From positions 992,001-1,056,000 of the forward strand of contig CBDFMQ010000002.1 in the NCBI GenBank assembly GCA_965249725.1: 64,000 nt of DNA, given 5' to 3'. Below the pieces are notes generated by a model. That model ran no database searches and was not told where the DNA came from. It was given only the letters and a program-made list of their open reading frames with translations. Positions 60,411 through 64,000 of the stretch are shown piece after piece. A program made the translations under genes and the position numbers. Position 1 is the stretch's first letter; each line of letters opens with the position of its first letter. The stretch comes from Longimicrobiales bacterium (GTDB lineage Bacteria; Gemmatimonadota; Gemmatimonadetes; Longimicrobiales; Gaopeijiaceae).

Positions 60411-63400
60411 ATGCAGTTGTCCAACCGAGTTCGGGCCAAGGGGTCTCCCGCCCACCTGATCACCGCCTTGGCGGCCTGGTCGGCGATTCTGATCCTCCCG
60501 CTTCCCGCTTCGGCCCAGTACTTCGGGCGGAACAAGGTCCAATACGAGACCTTCGACTTCAAGATCCTCAAGACGCCACACTTCGACATCCACTTCTACC
60601 CTGAAGAGGGAGAAGCCGTCGAGGATGCCGCACGGATGGGCGAACGCTGGTATGAGCGCTTTGCCCGCATGTTCCAGCACGAGTTCGAACAGCCGAAGCC
60701 GATCATCCTCTACGCGGACCACCCGGACTTCCAGCAGACCAATACGCTCCGTGGGACACTCAGCGAAGGCACGGGCGGAGTCACGGAATCGCTGAAGAAT
60801 CGTGTGATCATGCCGCTGACCGGATCGTACGCGGACACGGATCACGTTCTCGGCCACGAGTTGGTCCACGCCTTCCAGTACAATGTGGCTCAAGGCCGCT
60901 CCGGCGCCGGCATTCAAGGTCTGTCCCTATTGCCTCTCTGGCTCACCGAGGGGATGGCGGAATACCTCTCGGTTGGACGCGAGGACCCCCTCACCGCGAT
61001 GTGGCTCAGAGACGCCATTCAGCGCGAGGACCTCCCGACCATCCAGCAGATGACCACGGAGCGACGCTTCTTCCCGTACCGGTTCGGTCAGGCTCTTTGG
61101 GCCTACGTCGGCGGTACGTACGGAGACGACCGGGTAATCGATCTGTACCGGCGCTCGTTGCGCGTCGGCTGGGAGCCGGCCCTCGAACAGGTGCTCGGCA
61201 TCTCGTCGGACAGCCTGTCCACCCAATGGCGCGAGGCGGTGGAGAATGAATATCTGCCGCTCATGGCCGGACGGTCGGCGCCCGGTGAATCCGGAGCGCT
61301 CCTCCTCGCCCCCGCCACCGGCGCCGGCAAGCAGAACGTTTCACCGGCAGTGAGCCCGGACGGACGGCGCGTCGCGTTCCTATCCGAGAAGGACCTCTTC
61401 GGCATCGATCTCTTCGTCGCCGACGCGCGTACCGGTGAAATCGAGCGCAAGCTCGTGAGCGCCAACGCGGATCCCCACTTCGACGCCCTCCGCTTCATCG
61501 ACTCGGCCGGGGACTGGTCCCCCGACGGTGAGAAGTTCGTGTTCACCGTATTCGCCGAGGGCGACAACGAATTGGCGATCGTGGACGTGAGCAGCGGGGC
61601 CATCGAGCGGAACATCGACCTCGACGAGGTCGGAGCCATCTCGAGCCCCTCCTGGTCCCCAGACGGGCAGTACATCGCCTTCTCGGGCTTGCAGGGCGGC
61701 GTCAGCGATATCTACCGCTTGGACATCGAGACCGGCGCCGTTCTCCAGCTCACGAACGATATGTTCGCCGACTTCCAGCCTACTTGGTCGCCGGACGGCA
61801 GCACGATCGCGTTCGTGACGGACCGAGGGAGCGTCACGGACTTCGAAGCACTGCAGTACAGCCGGCCACAGATCGCGTTCGTGGACGTTCTCACAAGCGA
61901 GGTCGAGGTGCTCGACATGTTCGGCAACGTCAAGCACATGAACCCGCAGTACGCGCCGGACGGCCGAAGCATCTACTTCGTTTCGGACCAGGACGGCTTC
62001 AGCGACATCTATCAGTACGAGTTCGAAACGACCGATATTCGCCGCATCACTCGTGTGTCGACGGCGGTGAGTGGCATCACCGGCATGTCACCGACCTTGT
62101 CGGTCGCTCGGGACGCGGGGACCATTCTCTTCTCCGTGTTCGACGCGTTCGAGTTTCACGTCTACAGCCTGCAGGCGGCTGAAGCCGATGCAGGTGGAGA
62201 AATCGTCACAGCCTCCGCCGATCGCCAGCCGGGCCGCCTCTTGCCTCCGAGCCTTCCGACCCGGTCGAGCCGCGTGGCGAGCTATCTCTCCGACAAACAG
62301 ACCGGCCTCGAGCCGCCCGGCGTCTATCTGGTCGAAAATGCCGTCGACTACGATTCGTCGCTGCACCTGGACTTCGTTGGGCAGCCGGCTCTAGGGGTCG
62401 GGACCGACCGCTTCGGCAACTACGTGGGTGGAGGCGCTTCGGCGTTCTTCAGTGACATGCTGGGGAACCGGTCTCTCGGACTCTCCATTCAGGCGAACGG
62501 TACCTACAAGGACATCGGCGGGCAGGCCTTCTACATCAATCAGGAGAAGCGCCTCAATTGGGGAGCTTCCGCGGGCCGCATCCCCTACATCCAAGGCTTC
62601 CAGACGTTTGGCACCGACGGGGACGGCAATGCGTACATCGGACTCATTCGGAATCGGATCTTCCTGACGCAGACCAGCCTTCTCCTCGCGTATCCCTTCT
62701 CGACCACGAGAAGGGTCGAGGGGAATATCGGCGTACAGCGCTGGTCTTACGATCTCGAGGAGGATCGCTACTTCCTGGGTCCGTTCGGGGGCACAGGGGC
62801 TTCCCAGAGGATCTCACTACCCTCGCGCCCTGCCATCAATCTGGCCTCGGCCTCGCTCGCGATTGTGGGGGATAATTCGCTCACCGGCTTCACGTCTCCG
62901 GTGGACGGGGGCCGTTTCCGACTCGAGGTGAACCAGACGCTCGGTTCGCTCAACTTCACGTCTCTGGTAGCGGATTTCCGGCGCTACCTCAGCCCGACGA
63001 GGAATCTGACGTTCGCAGCGAGGGCGCTTCACTTCGGACGCTACGGCAGTGAACTGGATCCGAACCGGAGCACGGCGACGATTCAGCCCTACTTCCTGGG
63101 ATGGGAGACGTTCGTCCGGGGATACTCGTATGAGAGCTTCGATCCCGACGAGTGTGCGATCACGTCCTTCGAGCCCGGCGCGGTCGCGGGCACCTGCGCC
63201 GGTTTCGATCGCCTCTTCGGTCACAGGCTCGTCGTAGCCAACATGGAGCTGCGTGTGCCGGTGCTCGGGACGCCTCAATTCGGCCTGATCAACTTCCCGT
63301 ACTTGCCCACCGAGTTCGCACTGTTCGCGGACGCCGGGCTGGCGTGGAACGAGTTGTCCGAGGTGGACTTCGACTTCGTCCGGTCGGGTGGCAAGCGCGT

Positions 63401-63536
63401 ACCGGTGTTCTCCGTGGGAGCCAGCGCCCGGGTCAACATATTCGGATTCCTGATCCTGGAGTCCTATTACGCCTTTCCGTTCCAGAGGCCCGACAAGGGA
63501 GCCCACTGGGGCTTCGTGCTCGCCCCCGGCTGGTAG
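60411..63536 (+). CDS. Zinc peptidase + TolB/PD40 propeller + Omp85 barrel fusion
   Basis: Signal peptide, HELVH..WLTEGMAEY, WSPDG repeats, VRGY, C-terminal beta-strands ending in W. Confidence 0.85.
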   Translation: MQLSNRVRAKGSPAHLITALAAWSAILILPLPASAQYFGRNKVQYETFDFKILKTPHFDIHFYPEEGEAVEDAARMGERWYERFARMFQHEFEQPKPIILYADHPDFQQTNTLRGTLSEGTGGVTESLKNRVIMPLTGSYADTDHVLGHELVHAFQYNVAQGRSGAGIQGLSLLPLWLTEGMAEYLSVGREDPLTAMWLRDAIQREDLPTIQQMTTERRFFPYRFGQALWAYVGGTYGDDRVIDLYRRSLRVGWEPALEQVLGISSDSLSTQWREAVENEYLPLMAGRSAPGESGALLLAPATGAGKQNVSPAVSPDGRRVAFLSEKDLFGIDLFVADARTGEIERKLVSANADPHFDALRFIDSAGDWSPDGEKFVFTVFAEGDNELAIVDVSSGAIERNIDLDEVGAISSPSWSPDGQYIAFSGLQGGVSDIYRLDIETGAVLQLTNDMFADFQPTWSPDGSTIAFVTDRGSVTDFEALQYSRPQIAFVDVLTSEVEVLDMFGNVKHMNPQYAPDGRSIYFVSDQDGFSDIYQYEFETTDIRRITRVSTAVSGITGMSPTLSVARDAGTILFSVFDAFEFHVYSLQAAEADAGGEIVTASADRQPGRLLPPSLPTRSSRVASYLSDKQTGLEPPGVYLVENAVDYDSSLHLDFVGQPALGVGTDRFGNYVGGGASAFFSDMLGNRSLGLSIQANGTYKDIGGQAFYINQEKRLNWGASAGRIPYIQGFQTFGTDGDGNAYIGLIRNRIFLTQTSLLLAYPFSTTRRVEGNIGVQRWSYDLEEDRYFLGPFGGTGASQRISLPSRPAINLASASLAIVGDNSLTGFTSPVDGGRFRLEVNQTLGSLNFTSLVADFRRYLSPTRNLTFAARALHFGRYGSELDPNRSTATIQPYFLGWETFVRGYSYESFDPDECAITSFEPGAVAGTCAGFDRLFGHRLVVANMELRVPVLGTPQFGLINFPYLPTEFALFADAGLAWNELSEVDFDFVRSGGKRVPVFSVGASARVNIFGFLILESYYAFPFQRPDKGAHWGFVLAPGW

Positions 63537-63568
63537 CGGCGGCCGAGACGACCGTAGGTCCGAACGAC

Positions 63569-63603
63569 AAAGGCCCGGGCTCCGCTGAGGAGTCCGGGCC
63601 TTT
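63569..63603. terminator. Hairpin between convergent genes
   Basis: AAAGGCCCGGGCTCC-gctga-GGAGTCCGGGCCTTT. Confidence 0.7.
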
Positions 63604-63677
63604 GGTCGTCTATGCGTCTGGCTGATCGGAGGGACCGCCGTTCCCGGAAGGTGAAAACCCCCCTGATGGGAAGCCCT

Positions 63678-64000
63678 CTAGAAGATCGACAGGTTGATAT
63701 AGCGCCCCGGATTGTCACGCAGATCGTCTATGAGAAGCCGGGCGCTCGTCGCCGCCGCCTTCAGACTGACGTAGAGCGAATCGTTGACCGAGAGCTGACC
63801 CAACGTCCCCTCTCCCCGTTCCATACGACCCAACACCGTCTCCAATGCCTCGGCCGCCCGGTCGAAGCGCACAGAGGTGGATCGGAGACTCCCCATGAGG
63901 GAGTCGGCGCGAGATACCGTGCTCGAGATATCCTCGCGCAACTCGGGCCCGGTGACGTCGGCCAGTCCGTCGGCCGCACGGTTCAAGGAGCCGATGAGAT
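63678..64000 (-). CDS. MlaD/MCE-family protein, C-terminal part
   Basis: GEGTLGQL..NDSLY..L...DLRDNPGRYINLSIF; start lies outside the window. Confidence 0.8.
   Translation of the reverse strand, partial: LIGSLNRAADGLADVTGPELREDISSTVSRADSLMGSLRSTSVRFDRAAEALETVLGRMERGEGTLGQLSVNDSLYVSLKAAATSARLLIDDLRDNPGRYINLSIF

Overview
GC-rich bacterial chromosome window. The gene order (prfB-lysS-lolCE-lolD-mcsA-mcsB-clpC-bamA-skp-lpxD-lpxC/fabZ-lpxA-oxidoreductase-lpxB-lpxK-rlmH-bshC-murJ-uvrC) suggests a diderm, probably Gemmatimonadota (inference, not tested). Positions 1-27.3 kb form a minus-strand housekeeping and envelope-biogenesis run that ends in an RNase R pseudogene. Positions 27.3-38.6 kb form an accessory region built around a chromosomal integron in the uncommon co-oriented layout, with the cassette array 3' of intI. 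It has four attC sites with an asymmetric 5/8-nt spacer, three toxin-antitoxin cassettes, two uncharacterised cassette genes and an exported cyclase. Two IS3-like copies, an IS256 and an IS481 have eroded the array. Upstream of intI lie tRNA-Pro(TGG) and a tRNA-derived palindromic element. Positions 39-64 kb hold ADP-heptose genes, rph, rdgB, hemC (no canonical start codon), lptE, lpxH, tRNA-Sec and a peptidase-propeller-Omp85 fusion. All calls come from reading motifs by eye; no database searches were run.
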